DNA from: Chrysomallon squamiferum
Lineage: Eukaryota; Animalia; Mollusca
Length of the DNA: 64,000 bases
Reading direction: 5' to 3'
NCBI GenBank assembly: GCA_012295275.1
Contig: CM022668.1
Location: forward strand, 4,526,001 to 4,590,000
A model generated the notes under the pieces. The model was not told the origin of the DNA. It saw only the letters and a list, made by a program, of their open reading frames with translations, and did not search any database. Positions within the stretch are counted from its first letter, which is position 1, and every line of letters begins with the position of its first letter. This document shows, piece by piece, positions 1 to 36,768 of the stretch. Made by a program: the position numbers and the translations under genes.

Positions 1-150
1 TATAGTGAAATCATGTGGTATACTCAACTTATTTTGAAACCTTAGTGATATACCTCAACTTATACTGAAACCATGGTGATATACTGAACTTATGTTGAAG
101 CCTTAGTAATATACCTCAACTTATAATGAATACCTTGTGATATATTCCTG
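1..150 (+). repeat. 31-bp minisatellite
   Basis: Degenerate tandem units of gaaaccttagtgatatacctcaacttatact. Confidence 0.85.
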
Positions 151-332
151 TTAATATGAAGCATTGTTAGTATCAGTGGTTAATGTAAACAATGTATTTA
201 TTTGTTAGTGTATAACTGAACGTACAAGATCCTTCAAACTTTATATCATAAGCCAGTGTTTTAATATTCCAATGTATTTACATGCATAAAATGTATAAAT
301 TTGAAGATAATTGTTCTTCCACTTTAATAAAT

Positions 333-722
333 GTACATTATTCATATGGCTGAATTTAAGTATGAGCTCAAAAATCTACTCCAAGCTTAGAAACTGGCAT
401 CCTGTAAGAGCCTGTAAGATTTCAGTTTAGTTATCACACAATTTTATTCTCTGTTAATGCTCAAGAAATTGGGTCTATAAAGATTTCAATAGTTTAGAGT
501 ATCGCCGTGTTTATAACAGAGAAAACAGTTAGTCTGAGTTATAAACACGGCGATGCCCTAAACTATTGAAATCTTTATAGACCCAATTTCTTGAGCATTA
601 ACAGATAATAAAATTGTGTGATAACTAAACTGAAATCTTACAGGCTCTTACAGGATGCGAGTTTGTAAGCTTGGAGTAGATTTTTCAGCTCATACTTAAA
701 TCCAGACATTTGAATAATGTGT
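333..722. repeat. ~185-bp inverted repeat (fold-back palindrome)
   Basis: 333-517 is the near reverse complement of ~538-722 (e.g. cctgtaagagcctgtaagatttcagtttagttatcacac / gtgtgataactaaactgaaatcttacaggctcttacagg), with a ~20-nt spacer. Confidence 0.9.
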
Positions 723-1176
723 AATAAACGTATTTTCTTTATCCATGTCTGGTTCCCTTTCTTGCACTTAGCACAAATGAAAATGGTTTCTCTGTTTCAT
801 TTGGAAATGGGCGGGAGATGTTTTTCTTTCTTTCTGTGCTAATTTACTCTTTTGTTCGTTCAATTATTTCTTCTTTTTTTTAAACATTTGATTTTGCTAT
901 ATTAAATTTTTCTTATCATGTGGACTTTCATATATTGCTTTAATTTTATCGATAGATACACTCACACACATGTATGTGTATACATATATATATTGTGTGT
1001 GTGTTTGTTTGTACATGTATATGTTGTACATGTGTGTATTGTATGTATGTACGTATGTGTAATGTCTGCACTGTAGAAGATTCTTACAAACAAATTCTTG
1101 ATTTCGATGGGTAATGTTTGAAGGTTTTAATTGTTCTTTCTTTTCCCGTTCTAATGTTACTCATATCCCGGAGATT

Positions 1177-1208
<32 letters not shown>

Positions 1209-1209
1209 C

Positions 1210-1248
<39 letters not shown>

Positions 1249-1517
1249 CAATTTATTTTGTCCTAGTCTTTTAATGGCCTATTACTCTTTTGTTGATGTA
1301 CACGATGTAAAAGTGCCAATACAAGTAAGTATTTGTTTAAAATAATAAATAAATGTATTCACTCATCTAAGACCCATGCTACTAGCGAAAAATTAATTTT
1401 AGTTCACAGATTCTTTTGTTTTTGACATACTTATGTCGTCACTTTTATTGTATGTGATCGAGCTTTTATTATTATTTTGTTATTGTTGTCGTTGCAGTTA
1501 TTATTATTATTATTATG

Positions 1518-1556
<39 letters not shown>

Positions 1557-2040
1557 AGAAACAATATTAATAATGGTATTAGTGTCATTATTATTGATAT
1601 TATTATTGTTGATATTATAATGTGTGATAATTGTTTCACCTTCAGATTTCTCTGTCAGTTCTTCCCAGTACACCATGTGACAGCGCGTCTGTTCATCGCT
1701 CTGTTTTTAAATTAATAAAATTTCTATCCACTGACCTAAGACCCATGCTGCTAGCACAAAATTACTTTTATTGACAGATGTTACGATTTCTTCTTTTTAG
1801 TATGATAAATGTGATAGTATGTAACTGAATTGTTATTATTATTGTTGTTGTTGTTGTAACGGATTTTGATTTCGGTGACGATGGTCACGATATTGGTATA
1901 GATATTATTAATGAAATATATCACAACTACTACATGACCTGTTATAATGACACTAATATGCCTTGAAACAAGAACACGACAACCACAAATAACACTAACA
2001 CGCCACGTACATTGTTCGATTATACCAGGACTCGTTTTAA

Positions 2041-2094
<54 letters not shown>

Positions 2095-2930
2095 TTCATC
2101 ATCATCATTATCATCATTATTATTATTGCTATCATTATGAGAAACACTATTAATAATGGTATTAGTGTCATTACTATTGTTATTATTATTGTTGTTATTA
2201 TTATTACTATTGTTGTTCTTATAATGTGTATTGATTATGTTAGATTTTATTAGTGTAATCTTTCACGAATGTCACGTGACGTATTGAAATATCATTGATA
2301 TGACGTTGAAAAGAAAACAGGTCGTGAGAATGATTACAACGTCATTCCAGACACGTCACATTGCACGTTGTCACGTGACAGTCGCCATAGGTTATAGAAA
2401 TAATATTAAAGCTGAAGTAGATCGCTCTCTCTCTCCATGTTTTAATTTACTTTTTTTTATTATTCTTCTAACAGTGTAACATCACTGATTATTTTCTTAA
2501 TTCCTTAAATCCAAGTCAGAATTTCTCGAAATTTCAACATGCTTATTAATATTCATTGTTTTTAAAAAGTCACCGATAACTCAGCACTTTATTTGGTATA
2601 CTCATTTCTCTCTGATTCCTTAAAAAAACAAAACACTAAAATATTGATCCACCTAAGTACTGTTTATCAAAGTACACTAATAAATCACGTGATAACCTTC
2701 CCGCTGACCGAACGAAGTAACATCACGTGTAACCTTGAGATTTCTCGGTCAGTTCTTCCCGCTACACTGTGTGACAGCTCGTCTGTGCATCTCTCTGGTT
2801 TTAAATTAATAAAATATCTATCAACTGATCTGAGACCCATGCTGCTAAAGCAACATGTAATTTTAGTTGAGAGATGTTAAGATTTCTTCCTTTTAGTATG
2901 GTAAATATGATACTATATAACTGAATTATT

Positions 2931-2963
<33 letters not shown>

Positions 2964-3255
2964 ATTATTATTATTATTATTATTCAAAACACTTAGTATG
3001 GATGGAATGCCCAAATACCTGAAGATTTTAAATTCGCATTTGAATATGTAATAAAATAATAAATTAAATAATATAAATTAAAAGTAAAAGAAGCTAAATA
3101 TAATAATTTCTATTACTTCTACTGCCGCTTATAATACTACACCTTCTACCACAGGTAAATAAGAGATATAACCCAACGTAATAATATTTTCATATTTTTA
3201 TTTAGTATGTATCATTAACAGGACTGTCTGTCGGGCGTTCCTTCAGGTTTCTGTT

Positions 3256-11265
<8,010 letters not shown>

Positions 11266-13993
11266 GGTTGTTGTCTTCTTTTCAATTCTTCTGTTGAATT
11301 GACTACAGAATGAAGATCTCTGGGTGTGACTTATAAATATTACTGAGATGTGCGAACGTGATGTAACAAGGATCACGTGATTATTCATATCAGTCTTTAT
11401 ATACGTCAGTACTTTGTAGTTTAGCCCTATACGTGTTACACGTAGACATTTGTTTTTTGTCTTTATTACCTTTACGAACTTAACAAACAAACAAAACAAA
11501 AAACAAACAACAACAAGAAAACAACAACAACAAACAAACAACAAAACAAATAGACAAAATAAATAAATAAATAAACAAATAAATAAATAAAAAATAAACA
11601 AAGACATAAAAAAGATATATTAAAAATAGTAAATAATTTAAAAAAAAAACAAAGAAGGAAATTTAAATAAAAAAGATAAACAACAACAAAAAACAAACCA
11701 AACAACAACAACAACCCCCCCCCCAAAAAAAAAAACCCACAGCAACAACGACAAGAAAAAATAACTTAAAAAATAAAAAAATAAATACAGAGTTACGTTT
11801 CTTTGTTTTGTTTGGGAGTGAAGGGATGGGCTTTTATTCTATTTATTTATTCTATTTATTTTATTTATTTATTTATTAAATAGATTTTTAACATTTATTT
11901 TCGTTTTATAACTTTTTTTTTATTGTATTGGTTCTTTATGTATTGTTTTATTGTTGTTTTATATCTCTGTAATTCTATCTCTCTCTCTCACATACCTCTC
12001 CTCTCTTTTCTGTTTTTTTTTTTTCCTTTTTTCTTGTTTTATTTTGTGTCATAGTAACACCAACAAAAAAATAAATAAATAAAAAATAAAAATAATAATA
12101 TCTACAGGTAGGTGAGTGCATCTGGGCATACGCACATGCGTGCGCGTGTGTGCAAGCGTTAGTTTTTAACCATTAATAAAATATTTATCCACTGATCTGA
12201 GACCCATGCTGCTTACGTAGAGTTAACTTTACTTGACAGATGTTACGTATTCTGCGTGTTTGCATTTTAGTTCACAGACAAGAGACACGTCATGTAGAGT
12301 GTACCTGATTGACTTGTGATAACTTACAGTTATCCATCACTTCTCACCGGGAGACCATGCGCCATTGCGTGTGTGCTTAGATGTTTGTTTAAAACAATAC
12401 GATGTGTATCTAAGCTCCAAGCTGCTACAGCAACATCAATCTGTTTTCAGATGTTACGTTTTCTGCGTCTTAATTTGTTGACATTTATAGCGGGTGACAG
12501 TTAGAAATATTGACATTATCATTTATTATCATCGTCTTCATTTTCATCATCATTATGTGTATGTATTAATATTACAACAACTATTATTTATATTACTTCT
12601 TTCTTGCTTTCTTGACGTTGTGGTTGTAGTTGTAGTTGTGACTGTTGTTCTTATCATTTTTGCTGGTGTTGATGTTGATGATTACGGTGGTATTCTTTAT
12701 GGTGACAATGAATTTGGGATAGATATTATTGATGTAACCTATGACGACTGTCACGTGACAAATATTGTGACGTCACTGATATGACATTGAGAGAAAAATA
12801 CGTCATCAAAGTGATTATTGTCCAGTAGAGTTATGAACATTGTAGAACAAACTGACATTGATTTAAAGAAAACAACAACAAACACAAATATATATATATT
12901 ATGTTGAATCTTCATATGGGGTCACTCTGAATATAGGCACCAATTTCGTACAAAATCTAGGCCATCGGAAACGGATCAATTTGCATACATTCAAAATGGC
13001 TGCCACCTGGCCTTCTGATGACGATTGCGTACTAAACGTTTCATACAAGACCCTGAAAATGTGATATTGGCAGATAATAAAGTGACACTAAGGAACTGAA
13101 ATATTATTTCCTAATTCTTGTGTGACGTCACATATGACGAAATTGACTCAAATTTTACGTAATACACTTGTTGCAGTTTGTCCTGGTCTGTGTCAAGTAC
13201 AACCTAAGCAGTGATACTGCAGTGAACCTTCGCAACCTGTGCACGAGTCTGAACAATCTCCGTACCCTGGGAACAAACAATTTGTAAAAAACAATAATTG
13301 GGTGCATGCTGTGAATCCATCCTTCTGGATTGCAGACGTCTGTTTGACAATTCCCAGCCTGGGCTCTTTATTCATGAACTCAGAACCCAAACCAGCCTAG
13401 GCTTGAAAATAAAACTCTAAAATGATTTCTATAGTTTAGGGCCTAACCACAAGTATTCCATGTGCTCACGATCATACATCTGCATATTGATACAGATACA
13501 GAAACTAGGAAATAATTTAACAAGTACAACAAATATTAGCAATTTGTTCAAATTGTGTTCTAAGCCATGTGTGATATTTGAAAAGGTTGTTTCATTTTGT
13601 CCCTATCCTCTCTAAGTAATTTGTTTGTAAATTTAATTTTGGTTGTTATATTGCAAATAACGCGATATATTTCAGTGCAGTATGGAAATAACTGTCGTAA
13701 ACATTTTAGTAATTACAAGATTGTGTGTCCGTCTTTGCAAACAAATGTTGAAGTAAATACATTTTAGGCTAAAACTGGTAGTTTTGTCACTAATTTAACT
13801 GTACCGTAAAAATAGAATAAAAAAAAAAATTACAATAACAATAATAATAATAATAATCATCATAATAGTAGTAGTAGTAGTAGTGGTAGTAGTTCTAGTA
13901 GTAGTAGTAGTAGTAGTAGTAGTAATAGTAGTAGTAGTAATAATAATAATAATAATCATAAACATACAAAAAAATTAATAAATTTAAAAAATA

Positions 13994-14032
<39 letters not shown>

Positions 14033-14716
14033 AAAGCAATATCAAATTCATCAAACGATTATTTGTACTTATTTGTTGTTATACTTTTGGCGAGATAGTC
14101 GTATCACTTTTAGTCTTCTACTCAGTTAATTAGACATTCGCGTTCAGTTTGTACATCTTTAAAGAACAGTAACTGGGGTAATTTCGCGTCAGTTAACTTA
14201 CACTGTCAGCATAAGTAGTAGAACTAACAACACTAGCAGTGGTAGTAGAAAATAATAACAACACTAGCAGTAGTAGAGATAATGATGAAAGTTGTGTTGT
14301 TAGTAGTAATAATAGTAGCAGCAGCTGCAGCAGTAGACGTAGCCCTAGTAGTAGTATTCGTTGTACGTATACCAGTATTAATAATATTAGTAGTCGTATA
14401 GCAAAATAACAGTAATAGTAGTAATAGTAATACTAGTATTAATAATAATAAAAGTAGTCTCAATAGAAAATTAATAGTAATGATACAGTTGTTGTAGTCG
14501 TACTGGTGGTAGTAGTAGAACAAGTAAGTGATATCTGACGCCATTGATAGTATCACTGTATGCAGAACATAATAGCGTATTAATGTTAGTCGTAGTAGTA
14601 GTAACAGCAGCAGCAGTTATTGTTGTTATTTGTATTGCTGTAGTACCAGTAGTTAGAAAGTTCTGACGCCAACAATAAGAAAGTCTGTATAAATAAACAC
14701 AAAATAAATAAGTTAC

Positions 14717-14830
14717 TTGTGACTAGTTTTCAGCCGATGTGTCACATTCCCATCCCCAGTCTGCATTGTGTGACTGTTCTACAGTCAGACATGTTAGAAC
14801 CAACTCAGAAGTAATCGAGAAAGATTTCAG
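14717..14830 (-). pseudogene. Degenerate family-A exon 1
   Basis: Aligns to A exon 1 with the start codon lost (CTG) and a damaged 3' end (...LVLTCLTVEQSHNADWGWECDTSAEN*). It is preceded by the family-A upstream ~150-bp repeat. Confidence 0.7.
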
Positions 14831-15753
14831 TTTCAGTATTTTTGCCTTCTTGCAATAAAGACTTGGATGAAATTTGTGAATACTGCAAATGTGCGACTTA
14901 TAATTTTTTGTGTTTTTTTCTATATGTGTACAGCAGAAAATTACATTTTAAATTAAATGTTCTGTTTCATTTCGCTCGAGAGCTGCATGTGTTATTTTCT
15001 AATTTCATTGAAATCTGATAAGACAACAATTATTAATTGTTCTCAGTTTATATTCAGGCACCCATCGCTTTTCTCTTGATTGTCTTGTGTTCACCTTGAC
15101 TTTTAATTTACTGTCCTGTTCTGTTTAATGACTGCATCTGTGATTTTCTAATTTCATTGAAATCTGTTACAGACAACAAGTATTAATTGTTCTCAGTTTA
15201 TATTCAGCTACTCACCGGTTTTAGTCTTGATGGTCTTTGCGAGATATAACAGAGTAAACAACTAAAGAAAATTGACCTTAAAGTGACACGCTTCAAATAT
15301 TTCTACTACTCATTTACTTACTTATTTGTTAATTTTGCTTTCTTTTCAAGTTATTTATTTTATTGTTATTGTTAATCTTAGGTAAATTGAGAGGTGGGGA
15401 TACAACTATTGGGTGACCTGACTTTGAATGACCCAGGATGTGTTATTCAATTTCCTGTAAAAAATAATGATAGCTTTAAAACTGAAAATATATAAAATAT
15501 AAATAAAATAGTCAATAATAATAATAATAATAATAACAACAACAACAACAACAACAACAACAATAATAATAATGATCATGATGATGCTAATGATAATAAC
15601 TGCTAAAGTTGCTTCATTACTGCTTCTACTATTATTAACACTAGTACCACTATATAAATACAAAAATAAGGATAAAGAGTAATAACGCTTTCATCTGTTT
15701 ATTTCTTATTAATATGACTGTATTTCCTTTTCCAAGTTTTTGCTGCAGACGTC

Positions 15754-18447
<2,694 letters not shown>

Positions 18448-20160
18448 TTTCACTTTTTTCTGCTTCTTGAAGTTACGACTTTGTCGACCGATGTGTATAC
18501 TGTAAATGTGAAATTAATAAATGTTTGTTTCTTTTGTCAACGTGTACAATGGAAAATTACACTTTTAATTAACTTTTCTGTTGTTCTCAATAGCTGCATC
18601 TGTGATTTTCTAATTTCATTGAAATCTGATAAGACAATAACTATTAATTGTTCTCAGTTTATATTCAGCCACCCATCGTTTTTGTCTTGATTGTCTTGTG
18701 CTGGATGTAACAGAGTAAACAACCAAAGAAAATCGATTTTGAAACGATACGCTTAAACCGTTTCTACTACTCAACCATTTATTTATTTATTTTTCTTTGG
18801 TTCTGTATTGGTTTTGAAAAATGACCCTTGTGATATATTCCTCTTAATATGAAACATTATTATTATCAGTGGTTAATATAAACATTGTATTTATTTGTTA
18901 GTGTATAACTGAACGTACAAAATCCTTCAAACTTTATATCATAAGCCAGTGTTTTAATGTTCCAATATATTTACATGCATAAAATGTAGACATGTGAAGA
19001 TACTTGTTCTTCCATTTTAATAAATGTACATTATTCATATGGCTGAATTTAAGTATGAGCTGAAAAATCTACTCCAAGCTTACAAACTCGCGTCCTGTAA
19101 GAGCCTGTAAGATTTCAGTTTAGTTATCACACAATTTTATTCTCTGTTAATACTCAAGAAATTGGGTCTATAAAGATTTGAATAGTTTAGGGCATCGCCG
19201 TGTTTATAACTCACACTAACTGTTTTCTCTGTTCTCTAAATCCAGTTTGAAAATAATTTACTAAAATATTCTGCGTGCAGTTGCTCGTAATTACATGACT
19301 GTGTGTTATTTTCTATATATAAATGTCAAAATAAATAATTTTAACACTACTCTAATTTTCTGTAATTTCTTCGTGTTGTGGAAAAATGGAAAAACAAACA
19401 AGAAGATAAGAAAAGCCATGATACACAATGTAAGACTGTTATATACTGGAAATACTTAGGATGATGATAATCGAGAAAAACGTCAGGCCTACTGAAACAT
19501 TGCCAGACTTTTCCGAACTAACACAACCAGTTCTATCCCAGTGTCAACAGGACGAATCAACAGAGAGGAAAGGTAATATTTTTACAGAGACTCGTACTCG
19601 CTAATTTTGCAATGAGTGACAGCTGTCAAAATGGAGGCATACAAAACTAGGAAAAAGGGTGCAATTGATGTTCGTTTGACAGGACGATGCACAGTGCCTC
19701 GTTTTCATTTTGTGACACGAGATCCGTCTTCTCTAGATTTTTGGTTTTTGAAAACATTTGTATCGTAACAGTAGCAAAGAATATTTTTACCATTCAGGTT
19801 AAATCAGTGGAAAAACAAAATAATGAAAATTTGGGAAGCCTCGTGAAAAAGACAGAAGACTTTTCTAGAAATCGCCATTTCAGTAACATTGACCATTTGG
19901 ACATTTGCATAAGGGCAAAATAACATTTGTGGAATTTAACAAATGTAAATGCTAATGTTGTTTTTATTGTTCTTACTACTACATTCCGCTACAATTAACT
20001 CTAATACCACTACTATAGAAAATAAGTAAATAAATAAATAAGTTAATTTATTAATTTTAAAAGAATAAAGATAAAGAGTAATGATGCTTTCATACTTTTA
20101 TTTCTTACTAATAAGACTGTGTTTCCTTTCTCAAGTTTTTGTCCAGACTTTTCACCTGTA

Positions 20161-23875
<3,715 letters not shown>

Positions 23876-23999
23876 TTTCAGTTTTTTCTGCTTCTTGTAC
23901 TCAGGACTTTGTTGAACAGTGTGAGCTGTGGAAATGCGACACTTGTTGATATTTGTTTCTTTTGTCAACGTGTACAATGGAAAATTACACTTTTAATTA

Positions 24000-24290
24000 A
24001 CTGTTCTGTTCTGCTCAGTAGCTGCATCTGTGATTTTCTAATTTCATTGAAATCTGATAAGACAATAACTATTAATTGTTCTCAGTTTATATTCAGCCGC
24101 CCATCACTTTTCTCTTGACTGTCTTGTGTTCACCTTCACTCTTAATTAACTGTCCTGTTCTGTTTAATGACTGCATCTGTGATTTTCTAATTTCATTGAA
24201 ATCTGATAAGACAATAATTATTAATTGTTCTCAGTTTATATTCAGCCACCCATCACCTTTCTCTTTGATTGTCTTCTGCTGGATGTAACA
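24000..24290. repeat. ~150-bp tandem repeat upstream of family-A exon 1
   Basis: ctgcatctgtgattttctaatttcattgaaatctgataagacaat...ttctcagtttatattcagc occurs twice here and at 45550-45840, 14980-15250, 40360-40630 and 55150-55430, and once at 18590-18700. Confidence 0.8.
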
Positions 24291-24393
24291 GAGTAAACAG
24301 CTGGATAAAATCGATTTTCAAGCGATACGCTTAAACCGTTTCTACTACTCAACCATTTATTTATTTATTTATTTTTATTTGGTTCTGTATTGG

Positions 24394-24462
<69 letters not shown>

Positions 24463-24959
24463 TATTACATTTACGTCAGTGTTGTTGTTGTTGTTCTTTT
24501 TCTGGGTAATGTCATTTAATTTGTTTATGGATAAATTGAGGATCGAAAAGAAAAAGACGGTATAATATTTAAAATAGAGAGATATATTAAAATGCTTGTC
24601 TTGAAATTAACAATTCAGGAAAGTATAATTGAGAATATGACAGATTATCGAAGCCAAGATGTTTTATGAGAAACACTGATCCAGCCTAAATTTGAGTAGA
24701 AAATTGTTGGAGAAATTCAATATGAATGTAGTTTCTAATAAAGTATCACTAAAAGTGCATGATCCAGACCCTCAAACGTCAGGTTGTCTTCCAGATTACC
24801 ATAATGTGGACTTTTAGTTGGTAAAACTGAAAACTTGTATCATTAGTGACGTTTTATCATATCAAACATGAATTTTAACTATACCTGAACTATGTCATAA
24901 TGAAGTATTTAAGCTAAACGTTGATACAGAAAAATTAGGATAGTGTTCAAACTCTGTAG

Positions 24960-25345
24960 AAAACCAAGTGATATACTATGAACGACATTGAAATCCTAGT
25001 GACATACTTCTGCTTATTTTGAAATCTGATGTTACACTTCAAGTTATATTGCAGTCTTAGCGATATATCTCCACTTACGTTGAAACCCTAGTGATATACT
25101 TCAGCTTATACTGAAATACGAGTGATGTACCTCAACTTATATTGAATCCTAGTGATATACCCCAAGTTATCTTGAAACCGTAGGAATATAACTTAACTTA
25201 TAGTGAAATCATGGGGTATACTCAACTTATTTTGAAACCTTAGTGATATACCTCAACTTATACTGAAACCATGGTGATATACTGAACTTATGTTGAAGCC
25301 TTAGTGACATACCTCAACTTATAATGAATCCCTTGTGATATATTC
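24960..25345 (+). repeat. 31-bp minisatellite array (~12 units)
   Basis: Same unit as at 1-150. Further arrays at ~40900-41075 and ~46625-46920, and an inverted one at ~50369-50505. Confidence 0.85.
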
Positions 25346-26663
25346 CTCTTAATATGAAACATTATTATTATCAGTGGTTAATATAAACATTGTATTTATT
25401 TGTTAGTGTATAACTGAACGTACAAAATCCTTCAAACTTTATATCATAAGCCAGTGTTTTAATGTTCCAATATATTTACATGCATAAAATGTAGACATGT
25501 GAAGATACTTGTTCTTCCATTTTAATAAATGTACATTATTCATTTGTCTTAATTTAAGTATGAGCTGAAAAATCTACTCCAAGCTTAGAAACTCGCATCC
25601 TGTAAGAGCCTGTAAGATTTCAGTTTAGTTAAAATAACAAGTTTATTCTCTGTTAATGCTCAAGAAATTGGGTCTATAAAGATTTCAGTAGTTTATGGCA
25701 TCGCCGTGTTTATAACTCACACTAACTGTTTTCTCTGTTCTCTAAATCCTGTTTGAAAATAATTTACTAAAATATTCTGCGTGCAGTTGCTCGTAATTAC
25801 ATGACTGTGTGTTATTTTCTATATATAAATGTCAAAATAAATAATTTTAACAGTACTCTAATTTTCTATAATTTCTTCGTGTTGTGGAAAAATGGAAAAA
25901 CAAACAAGAAGATAAGAAAAGCCATGATACACAATGTAAGACTGTTATATACTGGAAATAATTAGGATGATGATAATCGAGAAAAACGTCAGGCCTACTG
26001 AAACATTGCCAGATCAGAACTAACACAACCAGTTCTATCCCAGTGTCAACAGGACGAATCAACAGAGACGTACAAAATATTTTTACAGAGACTCGTACTC
26101 ACTAATTTTGCAATGAGTGACAGCTGTCAAAATGGAGGCATGCAAAACTAGGAAAAAGGGTGCAATTGATGTTCGTTTGACAGGACGATGCACAGTGCCT
26201 CGTTTTCATTTTGTGACACGAGATCCGTCTTCTCTAGATTTTTGGTTTTTGAAAACATTTGTATCGTAACAGTAGCAAAGAATATTTTTACCATTCAGGT
26301 TAAATCAGTGGAAAAACAAAATAATGAAAATTTGGGAAACCTCGTGAAAAAGACAGAAGACTTTTCTAGAAATAGCCATTTCAGTAACATTGACCATTTG
26401 GACATTTGAATAATGGCGGACACTAACATTTGAGAGATTTAACAAATGTAAATGTTAATGTTGTTTTTATTGTTCTTACTACTACATTCCGCTACAATTA
26501 ACTCTAATACCACTACTATAGAAAATAAGTAAATAAATAAATAAGTTAATTTATTAATTTTAAAAGAATAAAGATAAAGAGTAATGATGCTTTCATACTT
26601 TTATTTCTTACTAATAAGTCTGTGTTTCCTTTCTCAAGTTTTTCTCCAGACTTTTCACCTATG

Positions 26664-26990
26664 TTAGAGCTGAAATAAGAGAAGAAATAAAATGGGATTA
26701 GAAAACATAACTAGATACTGTCAACTATGTTTGTACTTTGCCACTTAAATCTAATAAATATGACAGGTAATCTTGATAGAATTTACACCCTTTACAATAT
26801 ACTGTTGCAAAGAAAATAGCAAAGTATTTTATGAAAGTGAGATATTGTAACAGACAAAACTAATAATTCCTCTCCTTGAAATAAACAAATAAATTAAAAA
26901 AGTTAGACGGACGTCAAAGGAAACACCAGTATTCTCCAATGAATTAACAAGAAGTTACCGAGCAGCACACGTGAGATGCATCAGCGCAAT
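26664..26990 (-). pseudogene. A3: 5'-truncated family-A fragment
   Basis: Only the 3' end of a Cys exon (26959-~26990, CADASHVCCS|gtaact) and the last exon (26664-26669, CTC TAA) remain. Upstream sequence is replaced by an inverted copy of the 25532-25725 segment. Confidence 0.75.
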
Positions 26991-27664
26991 TAGTGTGAGT
27001 TATAAACACGGTGATGCCCTAAACTATTCAAATCTTTATAGAACCCAATTTCTTGAGCATTAACAGATAATAAAATTGTGAGATAACTAAACTGAAATTC
27101 TACAGCCTCTTACAGGATGCGAGTTTCTAAACTTGGAGTAGATTTTTCAGCTCATACTTAAATCCAGCCATTTGAATAATGTATAATATACATATTTTCT
27201 TTATCCATGCCTGGTTCCCTTTTTTGCACTTAGCACAAATGAAAATGGTTTCTCTGTTTCATTTGGAAATGGGCGGGAGAATTACTTCTTTCTTTCTTTC
27301 TCTGTTTATTTACTCATTTGTTCGTTCAATTATTTCTTCTTTGTTTTAAATATTTGATTTTGCTGTATTAAATTTTTCTTAACATGTGGACTTTCATATA
27401 TTGCTTTAATTTTATCGATAGATACACTCACACACATGTATGTGTATACATATATATATTGTGTGTGTGTTTGTGTGTTTGTTTGTACATGTATATGTTG
27501 TATATGTGTGTATCTATGTATGTACGTATGTGTAATGTCTGCACTGTAGAAGATTCTTACAAACAAATTCTTGATTTCGATGGGTAATGTTTGAAGGTTT
27601 TAATTGTTAGTTTTTTTCCCGTTCTAATGTTTATTATTATTATTATTATTATTATTATAATATG

Positions 27665-27708
<44 letters not shown>

Positions 27709-28193
27709 GAGAAACAATATTAATAATGGTATTAGTGTCATTATTATTGATATTATTATTGTTGCTATTATAATGTGTGATAATTGTTTCACCTTCAGAT
27801 TTCTCTGTCAGTTCTTCCCAGTACACCATGTGACAGCGCGTCTGTTCATCGCTCTGGTTTTAAATTAATAAAATTTCTATCCACTGACCTAAGACCCATG
27901 CTGCTAGCACAAAATTACTTTTATTGACAGATGTTACGATTTCTTCTTTTTAGTATGATAAATGTGATAGTATGTAACTGAATTGTTATTATTATTGTTG
28001 TTGTTGTTGTAACGGATTTTGATTTCGGTGACGATGGTGACGATATTGGTATAGATATTATTAATGAAATATATCACAACTATTACATGACCTGTTATAA
28101 TGACACTAATATGCCTTGAAACGAAAACACGACAACCACAAATAATACTAACACGCCACGTACATTGTTCGATTATACCAGGACTCGTTTTAA

Positions 28194-28226
<33 letters not shown>

Positions 28227-29062
28227 TTCATCATCATCATTATCATCATTATTATTATTGCTATCATTATGAGAAACACTATTAATAATGGTATTAGTGT
28301 CATTACTATTGTTATTATTATTGTTGTTATTATTATTACTATTGTTGTTCTTATAATGTGTATTGATTATGTTAGATTTTATTAGTGTAATCTTTCACGA
28401 ATGTCACGTGACGTATTGAAATATCATTGATATGACGTTGAAAAGAAAACAGGTCGTGAGAATGATTACAACGTCATTCCAGACACGTCACATTGCACGT
28501 TGTCACGTGACAGTCGCCATAGGTTATAGAAATAATATTAAAGCTGAAGTAGATCGCTCTCTCTCTCCATGTTTTAATTTACTTTTTTTTATTATTCTTC
28601 TAACAGTGTAACATCACTGATTATTTTCTTAATTCCTTAAATCCAAGTCAGAATTTCTCGAAATTTCAACATGCTTATTAATATTCATTGTTTTTAAAAA
28701 GTCACCGATAACTCAGCACTTTATTTGGTATACTCATTTCTCTCTGATTCCTTAAAAAAACAAAACACTAAAATATTGATCCACCTAAGTACTGTTTATC
28801 AAAGTACACTAATAAATCACGTGATAACCTTCCCGCTGACCGAACGAAGTAACGTCACGTGTAACCTTCAGATTTCTCGGTCAGTTCTTCCCGCTACACT
28901 GTGTGACAGCTCGTCTGTTTATCTCTCTGGTTTTAAATTAATAAAATATCTATCAACTGATCTGAGACCCATGCTGCTAAAGCAACATGTAATTTTAGTT
29001 GAGAGATGTTAAGATTTCTTCCTTTTAGTATGGTAAATATGATAGTATATAACTGAATTATT

Positions 29063-29107
<45 letters not shown>

Positions 29108-29399
29108 ATTATTATTATTATTATTATTCAAAACACTTAGTATGGATGGAATGCCCAAATACCTGAAGATTTTAAATTCGCATTTGAATATGTAATAAAA
29201 TAATAAATTAAATAATATAAATTAAAAGTAAAAGAAGCTAAATATAATAATTTCTATTACTTCTACTGCCGCTTATAATACTACACCTTCTACCACAGGT
29301 AAATAAGAGATATAACCCAACGTAATAATATTTTCATATTTTTATTTATTATGTATCATTAACAGGACTGTCTGTCGGGCGTTCATTCAGGTTTCTGTT

Positions 29400-36768
<7,369 letters not shown>

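Noticed and set aside
19687-19923. ORF MHSASFSFCDTRSVF... recurring at 26188
   Set aside because: It is frameshifted in the 41.7-kb and 47.8-kb copies and has no recognisable domain; recurrence reflects the duplication only.
24960-25345. 31-bp repeats as a CRISPR array
   Set aside because: The units are head-to-tail and degenerate, with no unique spacers and no cas genes, in a eukaryotic context.
25532-27182. Pack-MULE/foldback transposon capturing a gene fragment
   Set aside because: The left arm is an ordinary part of every A unit (also at ~19030, 41080 and 47100), and no target-site duplication or transposase is visible. An inversion junction explains it better.
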